Source: Hemiscyllium ocellatum
Taxonomy: Eukaryota
Assembly: GCF_020745735.1 (NCBI RefSeq)
Contig: NC_083410.1
Location: 4,376,117 to 4,440,116, forward strand
Reading direction: 5' to 3'
DNA length: 64,000 nucleotides
The translations under genes and the position numbers were made by a program. Of this stretch, positions 1 to 13,500 are shown piece by piece. Each line of letters opens with the position of its first letter. The stretch's first letter is position 1. Under the pieces are notes generated by a model. It saw nothing but the letters and a program-made list of their open reading frames with translations, searched no databases and was not told where the DNA came from.

Positions 1-890
1 TCCTCTGCTAGTAAATGATGGATCGTTATCTCTGATCAGCACCTTAGGGAGACCATGTATTTCACCAGATACTCACAACCTTTTTACCATTGGCCCCACG
101 TTTGACAATTGTGGCCGATGCATGTCCAATCATTTTGAGTGGGTGTCCACACTGACTGAAAATACAGATCCTGTGAAAGGATTGACATAGTCGATGTGGA
201 ACTAGGACCAGGGTTCACCCAGCCAATCCCATGAATATGAGGGAGCTGCTTGCGGGAATATTTGTCCATGCTGGCACTCTGGGCACTGCTCACTAATGCG
301 GCTGTGTCTCCATCCAATCCTGGCCACCAGACATTACCTTCCACCACATTTCCATTTTGGACACCCCTGGATGGCCCTGGTGAGTTCAGCCAGTATCTGG
401 CGGTGACCTTTGCTCAGTGCAATCACTCCTGCTCCCGACAGTAATCTGCCATCCTCTCCGGTAATCAGGACTCAGCCGGTCCGGAAAGATTTCAGTTCAG
501 GTTGTGATGACCCTTTGACTTGCCCCAACAACACCAGCTGTTTAGTTTCGCCAGGATCAGATCTTTTAGTGTCCACAGTCAGCTCTGGTCAGCAGTGACC
601 AGAAGGATATCCAGAAAGTTTATAATTAGAATGGACTCTTTCAATGACAGCATCACCGGTGGATTAATCTGCCAGCAGGAGGTGGCTCAAGGGATCACAT
701 TTACCACTTGGCCTTCTGGATAGTTTTCTGTCACCAAGTGCCCCTTTATTTACACATGTTTAGTACGTGACACTGATCCAGCTCCCTCAGAACCAGCCCT
801 CAGAGTGAACAGAACCTCTGACACTCCTGTTTCTTTTATTTTTCTATTTTCTTTTTTTTAGTGAACAGAACCTCTGACACTCCTGTTTAT
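1..890 (-). mobile_element. Degenerate, internally deleted Gypsy-type LTR retrotransposon (integrase remnant plus part of the LTR; the LTR remainder continues to about 2916)
   Basis: Minus-strand VWWPGLDGD and HPWDW-like integrase remnants. TGGTGACAG PBS-like sequence next to the LTR. Homologous to 25400-26685. Confidence 0.6.
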
Positions 891-1125
891 TTTTTTATTT
901 TTTAATTTTTTTTCTGTTTTACCCCCACACTACCGCCTAATTGTGGTTGTGTTTATTTTTCCCCAGCACCCATGTTGTGTCTGTGTGCAGGTGTGAGACA
1001 CAGTGAAAGACACAAGGTGCACGAATCTTTATTCAGTTTCTACCACCAGAAAGAAAGGAAACATGACAAGCAGTGCCCTTCACATCAAAGGGCAATGTTG
1101 CATGATCAAACAGTTGTTCCTGTTT
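890..1125 (-). mobile_element. 3' fragment of a poly(A)-tailed retroelement inserted in the LTR
   Basis: T-rich tract at 890-915, cctgttt on both sides, absent from the paralogous LTR at 26581-26600. A related copy lies near 13670-13850. Confidence 0.4.
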
Positions 1126-1155
1126 CCATCTGTCAGCCAGGGCCTCCTGATTGGA

Positions 1156-2642
1156 TCTGGATCTGTGTGGATCTGACAAGGGAGTCACGCACCTTTTCCT
1201 CCGCTACTACACTGGCACCACCCCCCACCTTTTCCTCCGCTACATCGATGACTGTATCGGCGCTGCCTCGTGCTCCCACGAGGAGGTTGAACAGTTCATC
1301 AACTTTACTAACACCTTCCATCCCAACCTGAAATTCACCTGGACTGTCTCAGACTCCTCCCTCCCCTTCCTAGACCTTTCCATTTCTATCTCGGGCGACC
1401 GACTCAACACAGACATCTATTATAAACCGACTGACTCCCACAGCTACCTGGACTACACCTCCTCCCACCCTGCCCCCTGTAAAAACGCCATCCCATATTC
1501 CCAATTCCTTCGTCTCCGCCGCATCTGCTCCCAGGAGGACCAATTCCAACACCGCACAGCCCAGATGGCCTCCTTCTTCAAGGACCGCAGACTCCCCCCA
1601 GACGTGATCGACGATGCCCTCCACCGCATCTCCTCCACTTCCCGCTCCTCCGCCCTTGAGCCCCGCTCCTCCAACCGCCACCAAGACAGAACCCCACTGG
1701 TTCTCACCTACCACCCCACCAACCTGCGCATACAACGTATCATCCGCCGCCATTTCCGCCACCTCCAAACGGACCCCACCACCAAGGATATATTTCCCTC
1801 CCCTCCCCTATCAGCGTTCCGCAAGGACCACTCCCTTCGTGACTCCCTTGTCAGATCCACACCCCCCACCAACCCAACCTCCACCCCCGGCACCTTCCCC
1901 TGCAACCGCAGGAAATGTAAAACTTGCGCCCACACCTCCACACTCACTTCCCTCCAAGGCCCCAAGGGATCCTTCCATATCCGCCACAAGTTCACCTGTA
2001 CCTCCACACACATCATCTATTGCATCCGCTGCACCCGATGTGGCCTCCTCTATATTGGTGAGACAGGCCGCTTACTTGCGGAACGCTTCAGAGAACACCT
2101 CTGGGCCGCCCGAACCAACCAACCCAATCACCCCGTGGCTCAACACTTTAACTCCCCCTCCCACTCCACCGAGGACATGCAGGTCCTTGGACTCCTCCAC
2201 CGGCAGAACACAACTACACGACGGCTGGAGGAGGAGCGCCTCATCTTCCGCCTGGGAACCCTCCAACCACAAGGTATGAATTCAGATTTCTCCAGCTTCC
2301 TCATTTCCCCTCCCCCCACCTTGTCTCAGTCGGTTCCCTCAACTCAGCACCGCCCTCCTAACCTGCAATCCTCTTCCTGACCTCTCCGCCCCCACCCCAC
2401 TCCGGCCTATCACCCTCACCTTGACTTCCTTCCACCTATCCCACCTCCATCGCCCCTCCCCCAGTCCCTCCTCCCTACCTTTTATCTTAGCCTGCTTGGC
2501 TCTCTCTCTCTTATTCCTGATGAAGGGCTTATGCTCGAAACGTCGAATTCTCTATTCCTGAGATGCTGCCTGGCCTGCTGTGCTTTGACCAGCAACACAT
2601 TTGCAGCTGTGATCTCCAGCATCTGCAGACCTCATTTTTTAC
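1156..2642 (+). mobile_element. 5'-truncated Penelope-like element (RT C-terminus plus GIY-YIG endonuclease), open frame
   Basis: ORF 1151-2380 with LFLRYIDDC (RT YxDD) and IIYCIRCTRCGLLYIGETGR..RFREH (GIY-YIG with a CxxC insert). Confidence 0.88.
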
Positions 2643-4829
2643 TTGTGTTTATTTTTCCCTAGCACCCATGCTGTGTCTGTGTGCAGGTGTGAGACACAGT
2701 GAAAGACACAAGGTGCACGAATCTTTATTCAGTTTCTACCACCAGGAAGAAAGGAAACATGACAAGCAGTGCCCTTCACATCAAAGGGCAATGTTGCATG
2801 ATCAAACAGTTGTTCCTGTTTCCATCTGTCAGCCAGCGCCTCCTGATTGGACCAGATTAACAGCCCCAATCAGGGAACTCACATTCTATGAGGTCTACCT
2901 GGCTGACCCCATTACAACCATCACACAGGGTCCTACCATTTAGTGGATTCACAGTAGTTTCTCCAGTTTACTCATTTCCCCTCCCCCATCTTGTCTCAGT
3001 CAAATCCCTCGAACTCAGCACCGCCTTCCTAACCTGCAATCTTCTTCCTGACCTCTCCGCACCCACCCCCACTCTGGCCTATCACCCTCATCTTGACCTC
3101 CTTCCACCTATCGCATTTCCAATGCCCCTCCGCCAAGTCCCTCCTCCCTACCTTTTATCTTAGCCTGTTGGACACACATTCCTCATTCCTGAAGAAGGGC
3201 TCATGCCCGAAACGTCGATTCTCCTGCTCTTTGGATGCTGCCTGACCTGCTTTTTCAACAACACATTTTTAGCACCTACCATTAAGTGTATAGGTACTGC
3301 CCTGGTTTGCCTTACCAATGTGCAATGCCTCACTTTTATCTGAAATGAACTCCATCGAGCAATCCTTGCACCACTGGCCCATCTGATCAAGATTCTAAGA
3401 TAATGATCTTCACTGTTTACTATGACACCTATTTTGGTGTCATCTGTAAACCTACCAACCATACCTCCTACATTCACATTCAAATCATTTATATAAATGA
3501 TGAAAAGTGGATCCAGCACCAATTCTTGTAGAACATTGCTAGGCACAGGCCTCCACCACCACCCTCTGTCTCCTCCCTTCCAGACAAGTTTGTAACAATT
3601 TACAAGCTCCCCCAGATCCCATGTGATGTCACTTTATGAACCAATCAACCATGCAGACCCTTCCTCAGTATGAGCTGGCTGTGAATTTATTCTATTAAAG
3701 GTCTGCTTTTTGTTCCTCAGTGAGAGATGTCATCACAAATCCTCCCTCTGAATTATCTTCAACTTCCAGGAGAGTTTTAGCTCCCCTTTCATTTGTTTGT
3801 GGTGTTACATCAACCTTTACTGACGGATTTTCTTTATCTATTGCTCAGGTTCCCACACATGATGGATAGATCCAAGAAACCTGTTCCTGAAGGTGTTCTG
3901 TTTCTTGAACATGAGAATCAGGAGCAGGAGTAGGCCATCTGGCCCTTTGAGCCTGCTCCGCCATTCAATATGATCATTGTTGATTATTTCATGGTCTCCG
4001 CTCCACTTGCCTGTGCCTTTACCATAATTCCGTTACTGTTCAAAAATCTATCGATCTTAGCTTTAAAAACATTCAATGAGGAAACCTCAACTACTTCACT
4101 GGGCAGGGAATTCCACAGATTCACAACCCTCTGGGTAAAGAATTTCCTCCTCGATTCTGTCCTAAATCTGTTCCTCATTATTTTGAGACTATGCCCACTT
4201 CTCTTAGTTTCATCCAACAATGGAAATATTCTCTCTATTTCTATTCTATCACTTGCCTTCATAATCTTATGTTTCAATAAGATTCCCCCCTCATTCATCT
4301 GAATTCCAATGTACATAATTCCAGTCTACTCAGTCTCTCCTCATAAGCCACCCCCCTCAATTCCAGGATCAATGTCGTGAACCTGCTCCGCACCCCCTCC
4401 CATCCCAGTACATCCTTTAAACTCTTTTGGACATTTTATATTTGTGGGTGAAGCTACGAGCTTTCATTCAGTCAAGCCATTTCCCAGAAGTGAGTCTACA
4501 TTTATGAGACCACGGAGGGAGCTTTGTGAGTGGTAAGGATGGGGGGGTGGGGGCATGTGATGGGGAATTATTTGTGGGAATAGTAGGAGAAAATGAAAGG
4601 GAAACGTGGAATTGATCCAGGGGATTTAAAGTGATATGAATAATATCATGGAGAGTTGGGGGAGAATGGACACCAATGAAAAGGACCATGCTCCAGGAAT
4701 AAATGTTAGGAAGAGAAGCGTTGAGAATTAGGCTAATGAAGATAATTATTTGGGATAAACATTCTGCCAGCCCTTTCCTGACTTTGGGAAAAGGGAGTGT
4801 GTGAGATGGATGGCAGGATTGGGGCCGTT

Positions 4830-5820
4830 GCTGATCTCCAGTATTTGCATCATTGCTTACCACGGGTGAGGTTCCGGAAGACTGGAGGATAGCAAGTGTT
4901 GTGTCCTTGTTCAAGAAGGGCTGCAAAGAAAAATCTGGGAACTATTGACCAGTTAAGCCTAACATCTATGGTAAACAAGGTACTTGAGAAGATTCCGATG
5001 GATAAGGTGTATATATATCTAGAAAGACAGGGTTTGATTAAGAGTAGTCAACATGGACTTGTGAGTGGGAGATCAAACCTCACAAAATGTTAGAGTTCTT
5101 TGATGAAGTGGCCAGGAAGGTTGATGCAGGCAGGGCAGTAGATGTAGTCTATATAGATTTCAGTAAAGCCTTCGATAATGTTCCACAAGATAGACTAGGG
5201 GGATCTGGCAAATTGGATACACAATTGGTTTAATGGTGGGAAGGAGACTGTAATAGTGGAAGAATGCTTGTTGGATTGGAGGCCTGTGACTAGTGGAGTG
5301 CCTCAGGGGTCAGTCTAGGTCCATTATTGCTTGTTATCTACCTCAATGATTTGGATGAGAATGTACATGGCATGTTTAGTAAGTTGCGGATGACAGTTCA
5401 GGTACATGATCCTCTGATTCACACCTAGGTGGAATCACACCTAGACGGGGAAGTGAACAACGCTGTTGGCACATTGGCCTTCATCAGTCAGGGCACTGAG
5501 TAGATAAGTTGAGAAGTTATGTTGCAGTTATCCAGGACATTGGTGAGGCCGCACTTGGAGTATTATGTTCAGTTTTGGTCACCTTGCTCTCAGAAGAAGT
5601 GAACTAGAAAGAGTGCAGAAGAAATTTACAAGGAAGTTGCCAGGACTCAAGGGACTGATTTATAGGGTGAGAAGATTTTTATTTAGTGCATAGGAGACTG
5701 AGAGGGGATCTTTCGAAGTGTATAAGTATGCATGGATATTTTGGTTGGCATGGACCAGTTTGGGCCGAAGGAACTGTCTCCGAGCTGTAGGACCTTATGA
5801 CTCAATGATTCTATGATTGG
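4830..5820 (+). mobile_element. Degenerate CR1 LINE RT/3' fragment
   Basis: SLTS..KVLE, QHG.V.GRS, DFSKAFD and SGVPQGSV remnants with frameshifts. Paralogous to about 29020-30250. Confidence 0.75.
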
Positions 5821-5856
5821 TTTGGACAAGGTGCCAGGGAGCAGGAGTATGAAGTG

Positions 5857-6620
5857 TGTTAGGACACAGGGTAAACCTCTCTGCCAACTTAAACCAACAA
5901 TGCTGAAAGGATTCACCCCGTGCTGTAATCTGTTAAAATTTGAAAGGCAAAGAACTATCACAGAGGTAAGCATTTGAAGTAAAAATTAATAACATTATCT
6001 TTTAAGTCCAACAGAGAATATTAAAATGAACAACTATTTACAACCTCTTTCTCTTAAACCTATCTTTTGCTTCCCACTCTCTAATATTTGTCGAAATCAG
6101 GTCGGTTTTACCTCCCACTCAACAATAATTATCCTATAAAAAATTTACAAAACAATAATCAGGTTTTAAAACCAGCCAGCTTTGTTGAGTTACCCCTGTA
6201 GATTTTCCTCTGTAGATTCTCTGTCCAGGTCTGTTTCAATGTTTTGCAGTACAAACACCTTCCCCACACAAGTACATCTCAGTTCTTAAACTAGCTGCCT
6301 ACGTCTCTTGGTCTTTGCCAGTTCACTCTAACTGTTCAAAATATCCGGTTTTATACCCAAACCATCAGATAATTTCATTGGTTTTAATATTATCAAAATA
6401 TTAAATTCAAACCTGATTGGAGTTTGGTATCTTGGGACATAATTTAAACTGATTGGTCGAATTTGAATTTGTTTTTGTCTCATGGCAGCACAGCTCCTGC
6501 TATTTGTGCCGACCATGTGTTAAATTGTTACCTTGTTCAGAACACTTGGTGCTCTGTCAGGCAGGCCTTGCTAGCTTTTCAACTCTCTTATGGATACAGT
6601 ATCGCTACACCTTCAAAACA
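5857..6620. mobile_element. Solo LTR (TG...CA) with 4-bp target-site duplication AGTG
   Basis: agtg|TGTTAGG...CAAAACA|agtg. A related copy lies at 61075-61816. Absent from the paralogous site near 30280. Confidence 0.75.
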
Positions 6621-7309
6621 AGTGTGTGTGTGTGTGTGTGTGAAAAGTTGGACCCGGGGTCTCTGAGCAGCCTCTGGGCACAGTCCGGCACAGGTCAGTT
6701 AGTAATCAGGTGATTACCAGTGCCAGTGAATACTCAACGGTTCTGTGTACATGGCAGTGAAAGAATTTTGAAGCTTCAGGGTCAGGGTCTGAGGAGAGCA
6801 GTGCCTGTAATGATCATGAGAATGGATATTGTAATAAGATATGACAGTAAAATACAGGAATAGAAGTAGGCCATTTGGTCCATCTAGCCTACTCCACCAT
6901 TCAATAGGATCATGGCTGATTAACTTACTGATAACCCTCAAACCCATTTTCCTGCCTTTCCTCCATGACCCTTAAATCTCTCACCAATTAAATCTCTGTC
7001 CATCTCAGCGTTAAATATCCTTAATGAACCAGCCATGGTTCAACCAAGACGTACTTGTGTGGGTAAAGAGTTCCACAGGTTCACAACCCTCTCAGAGAAG
7101 AAATTTTTCCTTGACTCTGTTTGAAATGTGTGACCCGGTATTCTGAGATTATACCATCGAGTCCGAGATTATCCCGCAAGAGGAAACTAGCTCTCTGCAT
7201 CGACCCAATATCATGTCCTCAATATCCTCTCTGTCTCACTAAGTTCTTCTCCCATTCACCTAAACCCAGACGAACATAGGCTTGACCTACTCAGCATCTC
7301 TTCATAAGA

Positions 7310-8817
7310 GATTCTGGGAAGCAAGGGAGGAGATTGCAGAGCCATTAGCCTTGATTTTTATGTCCTCGTTGTCTACAGGAATAGTGCCAGAAGACTGGAG
7401 GATAGCAAATGTAGTTCCCTAGTTCAAGAAGGGGAGTAGGGATAACCCTAGTAACTATAGGCCAGTGAGTCTCACTTCTGTTGTGGACAAAGTCTTAGAG
7501 AGAATTGTAAGGGATAGGATTTATGAACATCTGGATAGGAATAATGTGATCAAGGACAGTCAGCATGGTTTTGTGAAGGGCAGGTCGTGCCTCTCAAACC
7601 TTATTGAATTCTTTGAGGAGGTGACTAAGGAGGTGGATGAGGGTAAAGTGGTAGATGTGGTATATATGGATTTTAGTAAGGCTTTTGATAAGGTTCCCCA
7701 TAGTAGGCTACTGCAAAAAATACGGAGGTATGGCATTGAGTGTGCGTTAGAGGTTTGGATTAGGAATTGGCTGGCTAGAAGAAGACAGAGTGTAGTAGTT
7801 GATGATAAAGGTTCATCTTGGAGTGCTGTTACTAGTGGTGTTCCGCAAGGATCTGTTTTGGGACCATTGCTGTTTGTCATTTTTATAAATGACCTGGAGG
7901 AGGGGCTAGAAGGTTGGGTGAGCAAGTTTGCGGATAATATGAAAATCGGTGGAGTTGATGACAGTGAGGAAGGATGTGGCAGGTTACAGCGGGATATAGA
8001 TAAGCTGCAGAGCTGGGCAGAAAGGTGGCAAATGGAGTTCAATGTAGGTAAGTGTGAAGTGATTCGCTTTGGTAAGAGTAACAAGAAGATGGAGTACTGG
8101 GCTAATGGTCGGATACTAGGTAGTGTGGATGAGCAGAGGGATCTGGGTGTCCATGTACACAGATCTCTGAAAGTTGCCACCCAGGTAAATAGTGCTGTGA
8201 AGAAGGCATATGGCGTACTGGCTTTTATTGGTAGAGGAATAGAGTTCCAGAGTCTTTAGGTCATGTTGTAGTTGTATAAGACTCTGGTGCAGCCGCATCT
8301 GGAGTATTGTGTGCAGTTTTGGTCGCCATACTATAGGAAGGATGTGGAGGCACTGGAACGGGTGCAGAGGAGGTTTACCAGAATGTTGCCTGGTTGGTAG
8401 GAAGATCATATGAGGAAAGGCTGAGCCACTTGGGGCTGTTTTTATTGAAGAAAAGAAGGTTTAGGGGTGACTTGATAGAGGTGTACAAGATGATTAGGGG
8501 TTTAGATAGGGTTGACAATGAGAACCTTTTTCCATGTATGGAGTCAGTTATTACGAGGGGGTATAGCTTTAAATTAAGGGGAGGTAGTTACAGGACAGAT
8601 GTTAGGGGTAGATTCTTTACTCAGCGAGTCGTGAGTTCATGGAATGCCCTGCCAGTAGCAGTGGTGGACTCTCCTTCTTTATGGGCATTTAAACGGGCAT
8701 TGGATAGGCATGTGGAGGATAGTGAGCTAGTGTAGGTTAGGTGGGCTTGGGTCGGCACAACATCGAGGGCCAAAGGGCCTGCATTTTTCTATGTTTTTTG
8801 TTCTATGTTCTATGTTC
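7310..8817 (+). mobile_element. 5'-truncated CR1 LINE (RT plus 3' UTR, (TTCTATG)n-type tail), TSD TAAGA
   Basis: ORF 7465-8259 with QHGF.KGRSC, DFSKAFDKV, GVPQGSVLGP and FADN. taaga at 7305-7309 and 8818-8822. Empty site at about 30901. Confidence 0.9.
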
Positions 8818-10228
8818 TAAGAATATCCCACCACACTCAGGATCAACCGAGTGAATCTTCTCTGGACTGCCTCCAATGTCAGTGTATTTTTCCTCAGATA
8901 AGGGATCCACAACAGTCCACATTATTCCAGCTCTAGTATAACCAGTGCCTTATATAGTTGTAGCAAATTCTTCCTATTTTTTTTATCCTCCGTTCCCTTT
9001 AAAATAAAGGCCAACATTCCATCTTCCCCCCTTACTCCCTGCTGAACTTGGATGCTAGCTCTCAGTGATTCATACACACTCTCCAATCCTCCAAGTCCCT
9101 CTATGCTGGGCTGTCAAGCAGTCTTTCCCCTCATGGGAGGCAATGACCAAGTGGGATCATCACTGGATTATTAACCCAGAGACCCAGGGCATGTTCTGAG
9201 ATGTTCTGAGACTCCATATTCAAATCCCTCCATGGAAAATGTTGGAATTTGAATTCCTTAAAAACCTGGAATTATACATCTGTTGATTGTTCGGGAAACA
9301 CCTATCTGATTTACTGCCATCCTTACTGGTTTGGTCTACATGTGACTCCAGACTCACAGCAAAGGAGCCGATTCTTAATTGCGCCCTGAGCCATCCTGAA
9401 AATACCCCCTTTATCCCAACTCTCTGTCATCCTTTAGTTATCCATTCAGCTGTCCATGCTAGGTCCAATACCACAGACTCAAATTGAATAAGTAGCCGCA
9501 TGTGTGGTACTTTAACAAAATGTTTTTGCAAATCTAAATATATTACATTGACTGTATCCCCTTCATCTATCCTGCTTCATACCTCATCAAAGTGATTCTA
9601 GTAAATTTGTCTGGCATTATTTATCCTTCATGATAACATGCTGATTCTGCTGGACCATGTTATATATTTCTAAATGTTCTGTTGATACCATCACCATCAT
9701 CATCATCACTATCATTATTATTGTTGCTATTGCTGGGGGTGAGCTGCCTTCTTGAACCACTGCAGTCCATGTCCTGCTGGTAGACCCATAATGCTCTCAG
9801 GGAGAGAATTCCAGCATTTTGACCCAGTGACACCGAAGAAATAGCGATATATTTCCAAGTCAGGGTAGGGAATGACGAGGAGGAGAACTTGCAGGAGGTG
9901 GAGTTCCCATGTACCTGCTGCCCTTGTCCATTCAGATGGAAGTGAATGTGGGTTTTGATCACGCCGCAGAAGAAATTGATGTGTCCAAAATGTTGATGAA
10001 ATTCTCAACAGTTAAGAAATATTATTTAACAAACTGTTTATTTTTGTTTATGTTGATGGATTTGATTTGATCTGAATCAGTTACAAATACAACTCAATGG
10101 TATTGTGTAACAACCTGTTCTCTCTGTTTAACTCAAAACCGCTAACTCAAACTTGACCAGATCCTTTCAATACGGCAGTACAGAGAATCTTTCTTGGGAG
10201 AATAAATTTGTTATCTTTTTCTTTAAAG

Positions 10229-10567
10229 AAATCACCGGTCCAGTCCTTATCCAATCTCCAATCCTGCAACGTGTCATCGAGGGTCACACTGCCCGGTTAC
10301 AGTGCACCATGAGGAATGCTGCAGTGACACACACCGATGTGCACTGGTACCGACTGTCCCCACAGCAAATTATGGAGCGGGTTTTAACACATCCAGGAAG
10401 TGGCTCTACACAATGGAGCCCAGGATTCACTGAGCGATTCCAGCCTTTCAGAGATCCCTCCGGCATCATTCTGACCATCACAAACGTGCAGCCCAGTGAC
10501 ACTGGGGTCTATTATTGCTCAGTCTGGGACCAGATCTATGGGAGAGGAAGCCAGCTCATTGTTGACA
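10229..10567 (+). CDS. V-set Ig exon 1 (germline VJ-type)
   Basis: ctttaaag|AAATC...GTTGACA|gtaagt, phase 1-1. EITGPVLIQSP..ARLQCTMRN..VHWYR..LTITNVQPSDTGVYYCSVWDQIYGRGSQLIVD: B-strand Cys, C-strand Trp, DxGxYYC and J-like YGRG. 6 nt shorter than V4 (in-frame). Confidence 0.92.
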
Positions 10568-13500
10568 GTAAGTAAAGTTGACACATCAATCACCTTCAAC
10601 AATAACCTTTTGCCCAAATAACGAGTTGGAGATCAGTTTATGATCAAGCAGCTTGAGGAGATGAAAAGGAATGATCTCGGAGATGGGTTCAGTGTGGGGA
10701 GGAATCTCAGGTCACCTTCAATTTTGGTGGGGGAATGGAGAAATGTAATTTTTTTGGCAACAATAAGAGGAGGATTTTTAGTGAAATGTGGAGTTTCATC
10801 CTAGAGAACAAGTGATATTAATTCCATTTGACTCATAAGCGTGTCAGTGCCATTGCCTGGATGAGCAGAGTCAGGGAGATAGCTCTGTGAGGTTCCACAT
10901 TCCAGGGATTGGGAATGAACCATAGAGCTCAAACGGACATATGCATCTCTCTCTATTTGAGAGACAAATGGTTCAATCCAGGTTAAAGTGAACCATTCTG
11001 CATCGAGCACATGGAATGGGGAGGGGCTTGCTCTCCATGAGCTCCCACAGCTGAGACTGGGATTGAAGTTGAGATGTTGTCATTATTCTGCATTATACTC
11101 GAGCCATCTGAACCACCTGACTGGGGAAGAGTGAACATAATATTCTGGGAGTTCACAACATAATTAACTGGAGGTTCATGTTGAATTTTGCTGAGAGCTT
11201 GGCTTCAGTCCCCATCCTGGCTCAGGTAGGTCCTGGAGCTTTCTCTTCTACTTGCCCCATTGTGGGGGAGTGAGCAGCCAATAGCAGATCAGATGTAATG
11301 CAGAGAGATGTGAGGATAGTCAGATTGGATGGAGAAATAAGAGCAGCAGAGACAATTTTATGTGAAAGTGCAATTTTAACATGTGTGCAGGAGCAGGCAA
11401 AACTGAGAGTATACTGTTTAATCGAAAAAGAGTCATTAAATTCATAAAGTAACAACAGAACCACTCTTTAAAGTGAACAGAAACCTATACACGAAAATAT
11501 ATGGAGTACGAGAAATTGGAATATGGAACTTTTGGACATTTCCTGGAGAAGGAGTATTTACTACGTGATCACTTGGATCTGAAAGATCAAAATCTGTTGT
11601 GGTTTACAAAATTCAAATGAATTCTTAATGAAGCAAGGATATTAAGAATAGATAAGAAATTGGTTTTATTGCTAAGCTGCTGGACTGACTGATTTTGAGT
11701 ACAGCTCAGTAACAGTTTCTGGGTTCAGGTTACTATGTGCCTTCACAGATCAAAAGGAGAGCAGCTGAAGCAAAATTGTCAAGCTGACCGAAAACAGTGA
11801 AAAAAAATCCCTTTGTTCTGATAAAAAGAGAAGTAATCTTCAAGCAGGACCAGCTGCACGATTTCTTCCTCTCAGTCGGTAAAAGACAAGGAAAAAGAAA
11901 ATGTTTCCAATATCAGGGTTTCAGACTATTTCCTATCGGAATTTGAAATATGGTCAGAAGATCTCCCATCAATGTATAACTTCCAGGGATCATCCTCATT
12001 GACAAGAAATTGAAGGAACTTTGAGAAGCCAGCACATTCTACCATCTGATGTGAGTTCCTTACCCCCCTGGGATGGTTGTTCTTTCAGACATTTTTTTTT
12101 AAAAAACAGCCCAAACTAATTCTGCGGAGCCATGTTGCCTTGTCTGTAAATCAATGTATGTTTGAAGTTAATGGGAAATGGTTTAATCCCAAACAGAAAT
12201 GTTGTTGCTAATGAGATGAAGTTGAAGGAATGTACTCTACCTTTAAGAGAGAGTGAATGCTGTTCTGAATTGAGAACTTAAAAGCACCTGTGTGATATGA
12301 CTAGAAGGCAGTCTCAGAGTGTACTGGAAAATTGAATACACATAACATTTGGCTGTGAAATTGATACCTAAGTTGGTTACTGTTTTGACAACAATTCAAA
12401 TGTAATCAATCAGTTTAAATTATGCCCCAGGATAAGAAAACTGTATCAAGTTTTTTTTAGATCCCTTACAGTGTGGAAACAGGCCCTTCGGCCTACCAAG
12501 TCTACCCCAACCCTCCGAAGAGTAACCCACCCAGAAACATTTCCTGCCAATGAATGTACCTAACACTATGGGCAATTTAATATGACCAATTCACCTGACC
12601 CGTACATCTTTGGACTGTGGGTGGAAACCAGAGCACCCGGAGGAAACCCTGCAGGCAAGGGGAGAATGTGCAAACTCCACACAGACAGTCGCCCGAGGCT
12701 GGGATCAAACTTGGGACCCTGGTGCTGTGATGCAGCAGTGCTAACCACTGAGCCACTGTGCTGTCCATGTTTGCATTTATTATTTTGCCAACATAGAACC
12801 AATGAGACAATACAATGTTGGAGATATTAAAATGCAGACATTTTGAAAATTGGATACGGAGAAGCTGCCATTGCAAGAGAGCCAAGAAATTCCAAAACAC
12901 TGGAACTTTTTCAAAACTTTTCACATGAAACATATTCACAGTAAAAAGAAAGAGGATGACCCAGGGAAATCTTCAGCTGGAAGAAGATAGGCATCAAAGA
13001 TGGCAGCGGCTATGTGGTTTTGAAACTTAGTTGTTGTAATTTTAATAAGTGTCTTATTGGAACAAGATATTGTTAAAGAGTTGGAGGCAGGTAATAAGCA
13101 GTTAAGAAAAAGGGGATTAGAGTTGTGAATTGTTGTTTGATGGTCACTTTTAGAGTTGAAGAATAAGTTGATATTTTTTAAACAATGAAATTTTGAAATT
13201 CTCTGTCACTCAATTTCTTTTCACAGATTACAAGGCGTGGTGAGTTTTTCTGGGTATTTGGTTTAATTAAAGAAGGGTTCACCGATGTGTTGTAATGCTA
13301 ATCACATTTTCTGCTTGTTAAACAATCAGTCTTGAACATAATAGATAATTTATTTTTGAGGTCATTAATTAAACTGCTTTTCTTTAAAACTTTGGATCGG
13401 CGGGCAGAAGAGAGACAAATTAGTTCTATTGTTGATTCAGCATCACATTTAGGACAGCTCATAGTTTATTAGTGCTTGATTATGAGTGCACTGTCTCCAT

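Noticed and set aside
13227-13239. 13-nt micro-exon-like segment (tttcacag|...|gtgagt)
   Set aside because: It would frameshift between phase-1 exons and lies in repeat-like sequence.
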